Counted from the stretch's first letter, positions 8,867 to 18,098 are shown. The stretch is 46,304 nt of DNA from a virus (IMGVR_UViG_3300028145_000137:1-46304), one strand, 5' to 3'. Notes: generated from the letters alone by a model not told the origin. Translations and numbers: made by a program.

Positions 8867-9712
8867 TCACTCCCATTCGTAGGCGTCAACGTATGCTTCT
8901 TTGGTCATGAAACCGTTCTTGACCCAGCGGTCGCAGGCTGCTTTTGCGTCGGCGGGCAGGTCGGCGTAGGTTTTGCCGCGCTTTCCTTCGCCCCGAGCAC
9001 CGCCGCCTTCGTGGGGGGCGGATTTGCGGCGTGGATTCTCGAACTTGTCGGGGAATTTGGCGCGGACTTGCTTTGCGACTTCGTCCATGAAGGTGCGGCC
9101 GACGAGGTCCGTTTGATTGCGGCTTAGGCGAAGGGCGATGGCTTCGGCTGCGTCAAAGAGATCAGGCTCCCTTTCTTCATCGTACCAAGTGTTCTCTCGC
9201 TGCCATGCTCGGAATTCAGCTAGGTCGGGTGATGGGGGCTTGGTGGGCTTAGGTGATTCGGCCTTCTTGGCCTGCTCATCTTTGAGGGAGTCGATTCGGT
9301 CCTCAAGGTCGTCGACGAGTTCGAGGTTGTCCGCCTGGAGGGCTTCGCGGCGCTGGGCACGTAGCTCACCGATTGCGCGTTTGTATGCATTCTCACGCAT
9401 CTTAGCAAACTCGGTTGCGAACTCGCTTGTGGTGAGCTTCAACTCATTGAGTTCGGCCTTGGCTTCGTTGAGTTCGCGCGTGAGGCGTTCGTTGGTGCGT
9501 TTGAGGATGGGGCGGACCGCGTGGGCCTGCTTCATGAAGGCTTCGGCGTCGACCCAATCGGACTCGCGGCCCTTGAATTTGTCTTTGGGCTGCCAGCCTT
9601 CGCGCAGCGCTTCGGCTTCGATTTCGTGGTTGGAGTCGTCGGCTCTGCCAGCAGCGCCATCGCCCTCGACTTGGGGCTTCTCTACAGCTTGTTCGTTCTT
9701 TTCCATCATCAA
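8867..9712 (-). CDS. Capsid scaffolding protein
   Basis: EALREGWQPKDKFKG...WVDAEAF, a long coiled coil, W..EN.WY, and C-terminal KTYADLPADAK...TKEAYV. Located between portal and capsid. Confidence 0.75.
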   Translation of the reverse strand: MMMEKNEQAVEKPQVEGDGAAGRADDSNHEIEAEALREGWQPKDKFKGRESDWVDAEAFMKQAHAVRPILKRTNERLTRELNEAKAELNELKLTTSEFATEFAKMRENAYKRAIGELRAQRREALQADNLELVDDLEDRIDSLKDEQAKKAESPKPTKPPSPDLAEFRAWQRENTWYDEEREPDLFDAAEAIALRLSRNQTDLVGRTFMDEVAKQVRAKFPDKFENPRRKSAPHEGGGARGEGKRGKTYADLPADAKAACDRWVKNGFMTKEAYVDAYEWE

Positions 9713-9993
9713 TCTCCTTCGAGGATTTTCAAAATGTCATGGAATTTCATTCGTAGCTTAGCTAACTCTCTTTCTAGTTGAACACTCTCTATTTGGATGT
9801 ATTCATGCACAAGTTTGGTGGGGATTAGTATCGTTCGGTCGTCTTGAGCATCCGCTACACTAGCGGTGGCAAAGAACTTCTCCTCTGCTGCCATAGCTTG
9901 GAGGTCGAACAGCCTCTGCTCTTTCATACGGACCTTGGATGCGAACATACGAATCGTGTCGTAGGCTGCGAAGCTGTCAAGGAGCGTGCTCAT
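9709..9993 (-). CDS. Hypothetical protein
   Basis: 94 aa; ATGA-coupled to both neighbours. Confidence 0.55.
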   Translation of the reverse strand: MSTLLDSFAAYDTIRMFASKVRMKEQRLFDLQAMAAEEKFFATASVADAQDDRTILIPTKLVHEYIQIESVQLERELAKLRMKFHDILKILEGD

Positions 9994-10394
9994 GACTCAC
10001 CCCCAATCACAGCGATGACATCCAGATCGCTAATCACGCGGTATTTGATGCCGTTTCGCTTCCATAACTGACCAGCCCATTTCGCTATCATAACGTGGTC
10101 GCCAGGCTTGGCCCATGGACCACTTACATGTTGGTCGGCCCATGCGCTTGCACCCACTGCGATGATGGTGGCGCGGGTGCCGGACATTTCTTCGCGGTCG
10201 GCGACCTCTTCGGGGAGCACAATGCCGCTCTCAGTGGTGCGTTCGACTTCGTCCATTCGAACAATTACGCGGTGGCCAAGTGGGACCAAGCCTGCTTCAT
10301 TGTCTTTCGTTGACTTGAGACTTTCAGCTTCATACACATCGGCAAAAGTCATTGGCTTGTCGCCGTATACATCAAGCGCTTCATTCTCCTGCAT
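9990..10394 (-). CDS. groES: GroES-like co-chaperonin
   Basis: LVPLGHRVIVR...TTESGIVLP...IIAVG...KPGDHVMIAKWAG...YRVISDLDVIAVI is the Cpn10 pattern. Confidence 0.9.
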   Translation of the reverse strand: MQENEALDVYGDKPMTFADVYEAESLKSTKDNEAGLVPLGHRVIVRMDEVERTTESGIVLPEEVADREEMSGTRATIIAVGASAWADQHVSGPWAKPGDHVMIAKWAGQLWKRNGIKYRVISDLDVIAVIGGES

Positions 10395-10611
10395 GACTTC
10401 CTCCCAACAAGAATTGCTCCAGTTGTTTTTGAAGGTGGCGGATGTCTGCTAGATTTTTGGGGAGAATCTCCCCGTTATTCAGCATCACCAGAGTAGTGTC
10501 CGTAAAACTCCCAGCTTCCACTTTCAAATGGAACGAATTCTTCCCGATGGATAGGGTGTAGTCCGTCTTTACCCCGTCCGCTTCGAAACTTATTCCTACG
10601 CTATTCTCCAT
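10381..10611 (-). CDS. Hypothetical protein
   Basis: 76 aa with short overlaps at both ends; somewhat AT-rich. Confidence 0.5.
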   Translation of the reverse strand: MENSVGISFEADGVKTDYTLSIGKNSFHLKVEAGSFTDTTLVMLNNGEILPKNLADIRHLQKQLEQFLLGGSHAGE

Positions 10612-10840
10612 CGCACCACTCCCTCTTGATGTCTTCGATCATTTGGACACGCCCGATTGCTTTTGCATTCATTTGGGCTGTGCCGTCGGCCAGATGGCTA
10701 GTGAATTGGCCCGCCGCCCACTCCTCCAGCATCGCTTGCCGCATTTCCGACAGGGCTTGGAAGAATTCCTCCGTTATTGGATGCTTCCGCCACGCTTGCC
10801 ACTGTTCTACGTCCTTCATGGTGTCCCTTTTCTCGGTCAT
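10601..10840 (-). CDS. Small protein downstream of the portal
   Basis: WQAWRKHPITEEFFQAL...AIGRVQMIEDI, a pattern typical of post-portal genes in podoviruses. Overlaps the portal 3' end. Confidence 0.65.
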   Translation of the reverse strand: MTEKRDTMKDVEQWQAWRKHPITEEFFQALSEMRQAMLEEWAAGQFTSHLADGTAQMNAKAIGRVQMIEDIKREWCDGE

Positions 10841-12845
10841 TGGAATGAATCTTACTTAGTACTTCTATTGCGCGCAGCAGGCCCTCGTGTTGAATCTTGG
10901 CTGCGCCAATTTGGGCATTAATGAGGGCTATTTCTTCGTCCATCTTTGCTGTGCCGGCTTGCTCTATGAAGAGCATTGCTTGGGCCTGGAGATTGAGGAT
11001 CTTCGCTTGGCCCAGTTCGGCCTCGGCCATGAGTTCGAGGATACGCATCTTGGAGTCGATGGCGGATTGAGCTTTTTCGGCTTCGAGCTCGGCCATCTTG
11101 GTCTGCTGCCGCATCTGCTCGATTTGGAGCTGGATAGGTGGTGGTGCAGGTTGGACCTCTTTGACAAGGAGCATATCAACACCGGGCACTTTCATGACGC
11201 GGAGGAACCAACGCTCCACCTCCAGGCCGTTGTAGTATTGGGGGGTGGCCGCAGCGGAGGCTTTGACAAGTTGGGCTTGGCTTTTGCGCTGGCCGTCACT
11301 CATGTAGTAGGGGTCAGCGGCTGGGCGGATTGAGGTTGGGGGAAGGCCGTAGGCGCTTTTGAGGACCTCTTTCTGCTGGCCGTCGTGCTCGAATTCTTGG
11401 GTATCGTTCAAGTAGAGTTGGTTGAGGCGGAAGAGTTTGCGGAATTCGTCTCGCATCGCCCTGTACGTGCGCTTGTAGATGCCGGAGAAGACGGTGAGAC
11501 CTTGCTCGACCATCTGGTCCATTGTGCCCACTTTAGTGTTTTGGCCAGGATTCTCCCCTGCAGTGGTTTCGGTTGCTCCTGCGATGCGCTCCCCGTATTG
11601 AATAAGGAGGGAGAGGAGCTGAAAGAGGGTGGGGGAGGGCTCGCCGACAGGGAGGGGGAAGACGCTCTTGCCCAGATCCTCGCCTGTGGAGTCGACTCGC
11701 TTCCATTCACCGGGGCGGAAGGTGTATTCGCCGCCTTTGACGCGGACGCCGCGGCCGAGGAAGCCGCCTCCTGCGTTCTTCATGGTGCCGGCGTCGACCA
11801 ATTGGTTGATGGAGGAGTCGATTGAGGCGGAGAGGGGGCCGAGAAGGGCGCCGAGGCCGAGCGCGTAGAAGCCTCCGTCAGGGGAGGGGATGAATTCATA
11901 CTTGGTGTAGGCTTCCTCGGGGCGAATGTTGGTGACTTCGCGCTTTGAATTGTATTGGATGCTTTCTTTGAAGTAGGCTGCACGGATGCGTAAGACCTTC
12001 GAGGTATCGTGCCGGAGAGTGATGATGTAGGGCTCTTTGTAGCCGTCTTGGTCGAGGTCCAGCCAACAGGCCTGTTCGAGGGCTACGACGGGCTGCTCGC
12101 AGTCGCCACCGTCAGGGGAGGTGCCTTGGAGTTGGTTGCGGACTTGGGCGAGGGGGCCGAGGAGTTCTGGCTGCGGCGCAACGCCCGCGGAGTCATAGCT
12201 GCAATAAAGGCCTTGGCGTTCTTTCTCCAGGATCTCATTCGTGGAGATATAGCGAATGTGGGTGGTGCGGGGGGACGTGGCCAGGGACTTGGTCCAGTAG
12301 TTGACGACGAGATCGCTCGGCAGGATCAACTCACTCACGTTGTGCTTGAGGGTTCGATCGAAGTATGACTTCTTGAATGCGCACCCCAGAATTGCATACA
12401 CAAGGAAGAGTTTGTCGGTTTCGGCTTCCCATGATTCGTCCTCTTCGAAGACTTGCCAGGACATGTGCTCCGAGATGAGGGACGCAGTGGCGGCGAGCTG
12501 GCCTGTTGGGTCGGAGCCGTAGGAGCAGCATTTGACGATGTCCGGATGCTGCACAAGGGATGGGTAGATGCGCGAGTGGAAGGAGAGAGCCGCTGTGGTG
12601 ATGAGGGGGAATTTAACATTTGATGCGCCCGGCCATGGGAAGGTTTTGTCCTCCCGAAGTTGGAGGGCCATCTTCATTGCGTCGCGCATGCGGTGTTCCC
12701 ACTCGGTGCGGGATTGGAGATCGATGTTGAAGCCTTCGAGAGCCCAGAGGCCCACGCGCGAGCGGTCTTGGTCGCTCAATTCCTCGGCGATGTTGGGGAT
12801 GCCGATTAGGTCCCGCAATGGCAGTTTGGTGGTTAGCTTGAGCAC
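10698..12845 (-). CDS. Portal protein
   Basis: 715 aa; DLQSRTEWE, KTFPWPGASNVKFPL, GCAFKKSYFD, DGGFYALGLG, NQLVDAGT, C-terminal coiled coil. Follows TerL. Confidence 0.9.
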   Translation of the reverse strand: MLKLTTKLPLRDLIGIPNIAEELSDQDRSRVGLWALEGFNIDLQSRTEWEHRMRDAMKMALQLREDKTFPWPGASNVKFPLITTAALSFHSRIYPSLVQHPDIVKCCSYGSDPTGQLAATASLISEHMSWQVFEEDESWEAETDKLFLVYAILGCAFKKSYFDRTLKHNVSELILPSDLVVNYWTKSLATSPRTTHIRYISTNEILEKERQGLYCSYDSAGVAPQPELLGPLAQVRNQLQGTSPDGGDCEQPVVALEQACWLDLDQDGYKEPYIITLRHDTSKVLRIRAAYFKESIQYNSKREVTNIRPEEAYTKYEFIPSPDGGFYALGLGALLGPLSASIDSSINQLVDAGTMKNAGGGFLGRGVRVKGGEYTFRPGEWKRVDSTGEDLGKSVFPLPVGEPSPTLFQLLSLLIQYGERIAGATETTAGENPGQNTKVGTMDQMVEQGLTVFSGIYKRTYRAMRDEFRKLFRLNQLYLNDTQEFEHDGQQKEVLKSAYGLPPTSIRPAADPYYMSDGQRKSQAQLVKASAAATPQYYNGLEVERWFLRVMKVPGVDMLLVKEVQPAPPPIQLQIEQMRQQTKMAELEAEKAQSAIDSKMRILELMAEAELGQAKILNLQAQAMLFIEQAGTAKMDEEIALINAQIGAAKIQHEGLLRAIEVLSKIHSNDREKGHHEGRRTVASVAEASNNGGILPSPVGNAASDAGGVGGGPIH

Positions 12846-12906
12846 GATTGTTCCCCCCAGCGATGTAGCAACTGCTGCCCAATAGCCTGATTAAGTGTAG
12901 ATTTTT

Positions 12907-13080
12907 CTAGGATTGACAAGATTGCTCCAGTCGGTGGAGGGCCTCGGCCAAGGCCGGCGGCATATTTGGCGAGCGATTGGCATGCAGGAACCGGACAAGC
13001 TCCCACGTCGGCATGTTGGCGAAGAGTGTGCCGGCGGGTTCGCCAGGGAATAGAGGTTGGGGGCTGGGCTTGGGGGACAT
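12907..13080 (-). CDS. Hypothetical protein (57 aa) between terL and portal
   Basis: MSPKPSPQPLFPGEP...ALAEALHRLEQSCQS starts 2 nt after the TerL stop. Confidence 0.45.
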   Translation of the reverse strand: MSPKPSPQPLFPGEPAGTLFANMPTWELVRFLHANRSPNMPPALAEALHRLEQSCQS

Positions 13081-13081
13081 C

Positions 13082-14578
13082 CTAGTAGCCAGTCGTGGCG
13101 CAGCGGCCGGAGAGGAGCTGATTCTTGAATTCTTCGTACGCATAGTCCTCTTCCTCCATGTCGCCGAGGGCGGGGCCGGGGTCGAGGGACTCCAACTCAA
13201 GGCCGATCCAAGCGGCAGCATCGACACGGTCGTCGTGGGCCCCGCGGGGGAAGGTGGTCATTTCGTTGTAGAAGTCGTCGTACCACTCAGCATTCTTGTC
13301 GACTAGGACGCCGCCCGCGCGAAAGCGGGCCTGGAGGGACCTGGCGCGGGCTTGCTTATCCTTTCCGGGTACCCGTGGGATGATATTGAGGTAGATGCCA
13401 CTCCGGCGCATCTCGACGTTGACGAAGGGGCCTAGGGATTTGCGGATTGCGCCTTCCTCAGCTATGAAAAGTTCGGGGTGGAAGGTCCGATGGACCTCGA
13501 ACATCTGTTCAATGATTTCGAGCGCATCCCAGCGGCCGGCCCGACAGTCGACGAAGACCATGCGTCCGTCATCCAGAATACCGACAGTGACGATGGCGGT
13601 GCGATCGGCGCGTTCCTTCTGGGAGATGGCGAAATCTATCGCGGAGTAGAAGCGCATTGGTTGGCCCCAAACCTCGTCGGGGATGTCGACGAACCACTCA
13701 GGGCGGAAGAAGCGATCCGATTCGGCGACGGGCGCATTGAGATATTCTTGGGAGTAGCCGGAGGCGTTGCCCTGGTGGATGAAGGAGGCGCGAAGCTGGC
13801 GCAAACGCTCGGCGGGGAATTTCTCGGGCCAGAGGATGTTGGAGAAGTCGTCGAAGCTGGCGTGTGCAGCGTAGCGATGCGCGAGCCACAGGGGGTCGTG
13901 AAGGAGGCGCTCCAGCAATGAGTCGAGGTGAAGCACAGTACCGAGCACACGCACAAGACAGTCATCGGAGCCTGCAGGGATTAGGGCATTGAGGAACCAG
14001 CGCCGCAACTTCTCACGCCGGTCTGGATTGATGACCTGCTCGTCTTCTTCCATATCGTCGCACACAATGAGGTTGGGCCTCTTATTGCGCCACCGCGTAC
14101 CGCGAATCTTCTGCTCCGCTCCCTTGGCGATGATCTTGAAGATGCGCTCCCCTGAATGGCATATCACTTCGGCCTCGTTGTCTTTAGACAACCCGTGGAT
14201 AGCGAATGCCTCGATGAGGGGTTCGTTCTCGATCAGCTCTGTCCGTATATCGCCGAGGAAGGAGATGGCCTGCGCTTCGGTGGCAGAGACAAGCCAGACA
14301 TAGTCGCGGAAGCCGAACAGTGTTGCAGCGAGGGTGAAGGAGTGTGTGCCGGCGGTGGTTTTGGCGTGGCCGCGCGGCGCTGCATCCACTACGTATGGCG
14401 ACGCTGTGCACCACTGCGTCCATAGCTCCTGATGGAAAGGGGGAATGGTTTGGGGAGTGTCGAAGCGATGCCACAGGTACTCACGCACGAAGGCTTCGAT
14501 GAGGCTCGCATCGAGGGGGATGCCAGATTCGCGCCCTGCTGTAGGGAGGGGGAGGCGCTTTTTAAGTTGGCGGGTCAT
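13082..14578 (-). CDS. terL: Terminase large subunit
   Basis: Walker A APRGHAKTT, IRGTR, Walker B LIVCDDME, SQEYLN, nuclease motifs AIDFA and FPRGAHDDRVDA. Confidence 0.95.
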   Translation of the reverse strand: MTRQLKKRLPLPTAGRESGIPLDASLIEAFVREYLWHRFDTPQTIPPFHQELWTQWCTASPYVVDAAPRGHAKTTAGTHSFTLAATLFGFRDYVWLVSATEAQAISFLGDIRTELIENEPLIEAFAIHGLSKDNEAEVICHSGERIFKIIAKGAEQKIRGTRWRNKRPNLIVCDDMEEDEQVINPDRREKLRRWFLNALIPAGSDDCLVRVLGTVLHLDSLLERLLHDPLWLAHRYAAHASFDDFSNILWPEKFPAERLRQLRASFIHQGNASGYSQEYLNAPVAESDRFFRPEWFVDIPDEVWGQPMRFYSAIDFAISQKERADRTAIVTVGILDDGRMVFVDCRAGRWDALEIIEQMFEVHRTFHPELFIAEEGAIRKSLGPFVNVEMRRSGIYLNIIPRVPGKDKQARARSLQARFRAGGVLVDKNAEWYDDFYNEMTTFPRGAHDDRVDAAAWIGLELESLDPGPALGDMEEEDYAYEEFKNQLLSGRCATTGY

Positions 14579-14847
14579 GCGCCTGCCTCTGCGTGCTGTG
14601 CCGGCGGCGCCGCATCGCCTTCGTGACTGCGAATACGATCAAAACGCTTCATCAACTCTGCTACCAATCCCCATCCAGGGCCTAAAGGAATGTGGGAGAC
14701 AAGCATTAACAAGTGTTGGTCCGAGAAGGACTGAGCACCCGATGTGTCCATCTCGCGCCAGCCGCGTAGTATACCGTCATGTGCAACCGTCGTTGTATGG
14801 GGTTCCACGTTAGGCACACGGTCGTAGTGAGGGTCAGGATTTGTCAT
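14575..14847 (-). CDS. Hypothetical protein between terS and terL
   Basis: 90 aa, ATGA-coupled on both sides. Confidence 0.55.
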   Translation of the reverse strand: MTNPDPHYDRVPNVEPHTTTVAHDGILRGWREMDTSGAQSFSDQHLLMLVSHIPLGPGWGLVAELMKRFDRIRSHEGDAAPPAQHAEAGA

Positions 14848-15497
14848 ACGACAGCCTCTGCATGCTGCGCGGCACCAGCCGCAGCCGCATCTGCAATCGG
14901 CGTGGCGTCGAATATCTGTGGCGGCGGCCCAATCTGCTTGGCGCGCAGCGCCTCAGCCAGAGCCACGAGCCTCCGGCCCTCATCGGTGCCGAAGTCATTC
15001 GAGACCGCTTCCAGCTCACGCTTCTTGTCGAACATCGCTGTGGCGATGGTGGCTAGATCGCGGGCCGCTACTGCCACACGATGAATAGTGCCATCGCGAT
15101 TGAGTTTCTCATCCCCTTTCTCAAGGCGATCCTCCAACTGGTCGAGGGAGCAGCCTAGTATACGCGTGAGGCGTACCTTGAGCTGAGCGGAGGCCTCTCG
15201 TTCTAGGACACGAATCTCATTCGTCCACCAGTGGGTGCGAGCCATCTCGAGGAGGTCCTCATAGGAGATGCGCATCTCACGCGCGATTTCTGTCAGATTG
15301 CCCGTCAGGAAGAATTGGTGAGCGCATTGTATGCGCTCCACAGGAGTGAGTTCGTCTGCGGGTCTTGTGTCGCGGGGCGTCATCTGTGAAGCAGCATGAT
15401 GGGCAACGATATTGGTGCGATCACGTGTGCGTGATGTGCACAAGGCTTCGTATTGGCGAGGTTTGAAGCGCTTCAGTTTATCATTCTTGGCAGCCAT
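14844..15497 (-). CDS. Probable terminase small subunit
   Basis: HTH-like FFLTGNLTEIAREMRISY...WW, then LEDRLEKGD...VAARDLATIA..FDK. First gene of the packaging operon. Confidence 0.65.
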   Translation of the reverse strand: MAAKNDKLKRFKPRQYEALCTSRTRDRTNIVAHHAASQMTPRDTRPADELTPVERIQCAHQFFLTGNLTEIAREMRISYEDLLEMARTHWWTNEIRVLEREASAQLKVRLTRILGCSLDQLEDRLEKGDEKLNRDGTIHRVAVAARDLATIATAMFDKKRELEAVSNDFGTDEGRRLVALAEALRAKQIGPPPQIFDATPIADAAAAGAAQHAEAVV

Positions 15498-16075
15498 CGT
15501 AGGTGGGGCTCCATCGTGTCCCTGTGGCCGTAGTCCAGTAGGGCTATGTCGGCTGCAGGATGATTCGTTCGCATGCAGACTAGCATACGTGTTGCGGAAG
15601 GGTCAACGTATGCGCATACGTGCATAGAGGTGCGCAGCCTAGACTGTGGCAGCCAGGGCCGCCAGCCAATGTACCGAGCCAGGGCCGCAGGCCGGAGCAT
15701 CTGCCGCATGCTGCAGTGCAACAAAGTACATTCGCAGAAAGTAGTGCACGCCGGAGGATCGGGGCTTAGCCCTGTTTCGCGCGCCAATACTTTACCCCCC
15801 CGGGGGTGGTTCGGCTATGCGGCTACGTATGTGGGTATGCGCATGCAGGAGTGGGGAGTGAGCGCTTACGTGAGTGTGTATGTGAGTGCTTGCACATGCT
15901 GTAGTGGAGGAGGAGCGCGGGCATGCGGCTGCATCACGCAGCGCAGGCTGCTACGTATATAGCTGGGAGTGCTATGCATGTGGGGATGATATAGCTGATG
16001 GTGATATGCATGAGCTGATGCGCGGCTGACCTCGCATGGGCGGAGCCCCAGGACGCGCCAGGAGGCTACAAATTG

Positions 16076-16181
16076 CGTCAGCATATGACGTAGTATGTCA
16101 CACGCATGCAGGCGCAGTGGAGTGTGATGTGTGTAGAATCAATGGGTTGCATGTGTAACATGGCATGGCACGCACATTGCA
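16076..16181 (+). promoter_or_regulatory. Sigma54-type promoter with IHF site and upstream inverted repeat
   Basis: TGGCACGCACATTGCA (16166-16181) fits TGGCAC-N5-TTGCW. AATCAATGGGTTG (16137-16149) fits WATCAANNNNTTR. CGTCA-N5-TGACG lies at 16076-16090. Confidence 0.65.
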
Positions 16182-16239
16182 TATATAAAGGTGCAACATG
16201 GGGCGAAGCCCCACAGCATCAACGAACGAGGAGAGCGAA

Positions 16240-16398
16240 ATGCTAACGTACGACGAAATGTGGGTATCAAGCTGGCAATTTAGCGAAGTATTCACTCAAT
16301 GCTTGTCGTTAGATTACTGGTATATAAGCAATGCAATAACAGATGGCGAAGCGGCGACATGCGATCACTTCGCTATGTTTTGTGCAATGCCATTTTAA
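16240..16398 (+). CDS. First early gene, hypothetical (52 aa)
   Basis: GAGGAG RBS before ATG 16240. Confidence 0.5.
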   Translation: MLTYDEMWVSSWQFSEVFTQCLSLDYWYISNAITDGEAATCDHFAMFCAMPF

Positions 16399-16408
16399 GG
16401 AGACGGAA

Positions 16409-16567
16409 ATGAAACGCATACTATTAGTATCGATGCTGGCCGCATTCCCTACGGGGATGCTGCTTGGGATGCTGTTCACGGACCACACATCGCATGTGTT
16501 CATGGGTGCTGCGTTCGTGGCCACAATGATTGCGCTATGGGCTGAGTATATGGGAGGTGAGCGATGA
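16409..16567 (+). CDS. Small membrane protein (2 predicted TM segments)
   Basis: AAGGAG RBS; two hydrophobic stretches in 52 aa. Confidence 0.6.
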   Translation: MKRILLVSMLAAFPTGMLLGMLFTDHTSHVFMGAAFVATMIALWAEYMGGER

Positions 16568-16782
16568 GCTGGCTACTGCAGATGAGCATGGCCATGAGCG
16601 ATTCGCATGTCCTTATAGATGCCAATGGCGTGGCTGTGATGAGCGGCTCGTATGAGGAGATGGCCGAGCTTGAGAGGCATCTCATAGCTGAGGGGCATAC
16701 GCAAGTCGCAGTGAGGCCAATCGCTGAGCTGATGGGATGGGATGTGGGTCACAATGGAGGAGCAAGGCCATGTGGAAAATAG
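16564..16782 (+). CDS. Hypothetical protein
   Basis: GGAGG RBS and ATGA overlap. Confidence 0.55.
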   Translation: MSWLLQMSMAMSDSHVLIDANGVAVMSGSYEEMAELERHLIAEGHTQVAVRPIAELMGWDVGHNGGARPCGK

Positions 16783-16871
16783 TCCAGCAAATCATTGTGG
16801 TGGTGTGTGTCGCGGTGTGTGTGGCAGGGCCATTTGTGCTCGCTATCCTGATGGGATGGGGAGTGGTGTGA
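16770..16871 (+). CDS. Single-TM micro-protein (33 aa); absent from the ORF track
   Basis: GGAGGAG RBS; MWKIVQQIIVVVCVAVCVAGPFVLAILMGWGVV. Confidence 0.5.
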   Translation: MWKIVQQIIVVVCVAVCVAGPFVLAILMGWGVV

Positions 16872-16998
16872 AAGCGACGACGCGGAGGTCGACTTTGGAC
16901 AAGTACTGCAGGCAGGTTGTGCTGGTGGGACAAAGGGTTAGGGTAGGATGGGTGCAGGTGCACATGTGTGCAGGATGGGCTGATAAATGGAGGTTCAA

Positions 16999-18012
16999 AT
17001 GAGTGCAGCAATCGAAAGAATGGCGTATGTGGGGCAGAAACCTTGGCATGACTTCGGGACGCAACTGACACAAGGGGCAGACAAGGCTACATGGCGACGC
17101 GAAGCGGGGCTGGAATACGAGGTCCGTAGAGCTGTGGTGCAATACCAAAATGGGCAGTTGCACCAGTTCACGGGGCAAAATGTGCTTTATTGCTCGGATG
17201 ATGGGCGGGCGCTTAGCGTGGTGAGTGACGACTATCGAGAGATTCAGCCGGCAGAGTGTTTGGACTTCTTTGATGGCGTGGCGCAGGAACTTGGGTGCGA
17301 GATTGAGACGGCCGGGACGTTGAGCGGGCGCAAGAAGATTTGGGCGCTGGCCAAGACTGGGGAGAATGCGCGCATCGCGGGCACGGATGATGTGATTAAG
17401 GGGTATATCCTGTTTGCGACTTCCTACGATAAATCGATGTCTACGGTGGCGATGCACACAAGTGTCAGAGTGGTGTGCCAGAATACATTGGCATTGGCCA
17501 CACAGGCCTCAGGAGGGGTCCGGGTGCCACACAGCACAAAGTTCGATGCCCATGCAGCGAGAGTGAAATTGGGTCTTGTGCAGGACGTGTGGAAGGGTTT
17601 CGAGGAGGATTGTAATAGGCTGCATGAGTATAAGGTACAGAAAGCGAGTGAGGCGGCTAGTTTCTATGCGCGGGTGCTGTATGGAGATGAGGCTGATACG
17701 GAGCAGTTGTTGAAGGATAGGGATCGCAACCTTGTGGCAGTGATGGAAACGTTTCGTAGAGCGAAGGGGCAGGAACCGACAGCATGGGGATTGGTGAATG
17801 GTGCGACGGCGTATGTGGATCATGTGAAGGGGAGGACAAGAGAGACGGCGCTCAATGCTGCGTGGTTCGGGGAAGGGGCGCAAATGAAGCAGGAAGCGTG
17901 GAGGAGGGGGATCGCGCTTGTGGGAGGGGACAGGCAGCAAGTGGAAGTGAGGATGGATGCACCGGTTAATGTGGTGGCAGGGGATGAGTTCACAAGGTTG
18001 GTGCAGCGATAA
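16999..18012 (+). CDS. DUF932-family phage/plasmid protein
   Basis: MAYVGQKPWHDFG, VSDDYREIQP, ETAGTLSGRKKIWALA, TSVRVVCQNTL, TAWGLVNGATAYVDH, AWFGEG. Confidence 0.85.
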   Translation: MSAAIERMAYVGQKPWHDFGTQLTQGADKATWRREAGLEYEVRRAVVQYQNGQLHQFTGQNVLYCSDDGRALSVVSDDYREIQPAECLDFFDGVAQELGCEIETAGTLSGRKKIWALAKTGENARIAGTDDVIKGYILFATSYDKSMSTVAMHTSVRVVCQNTLALATQASGGVRVPHSTKFDAHAARVKLGLVQDVWKGFEEDCNRLHEYKVQKASEAASFYARVLYGDEADTEQLLKDRDRNLVAVMETFRRAKGQEPTAWGLVNGATAYVDHVKGRTRETALNAAWFGEGAQMKQEAWRRGIALVGGDRQQVEVRMDAPVNVVAGDEFTRLVQR

Positions 18013-18098
18013 GGTGGCTGTAGGCCGGTGGCGCGGGGCAGTCAGGAATGGTTGCCCCGTTGCTGTTGGATGATGAACGACACACAAAGGAGAATGAG

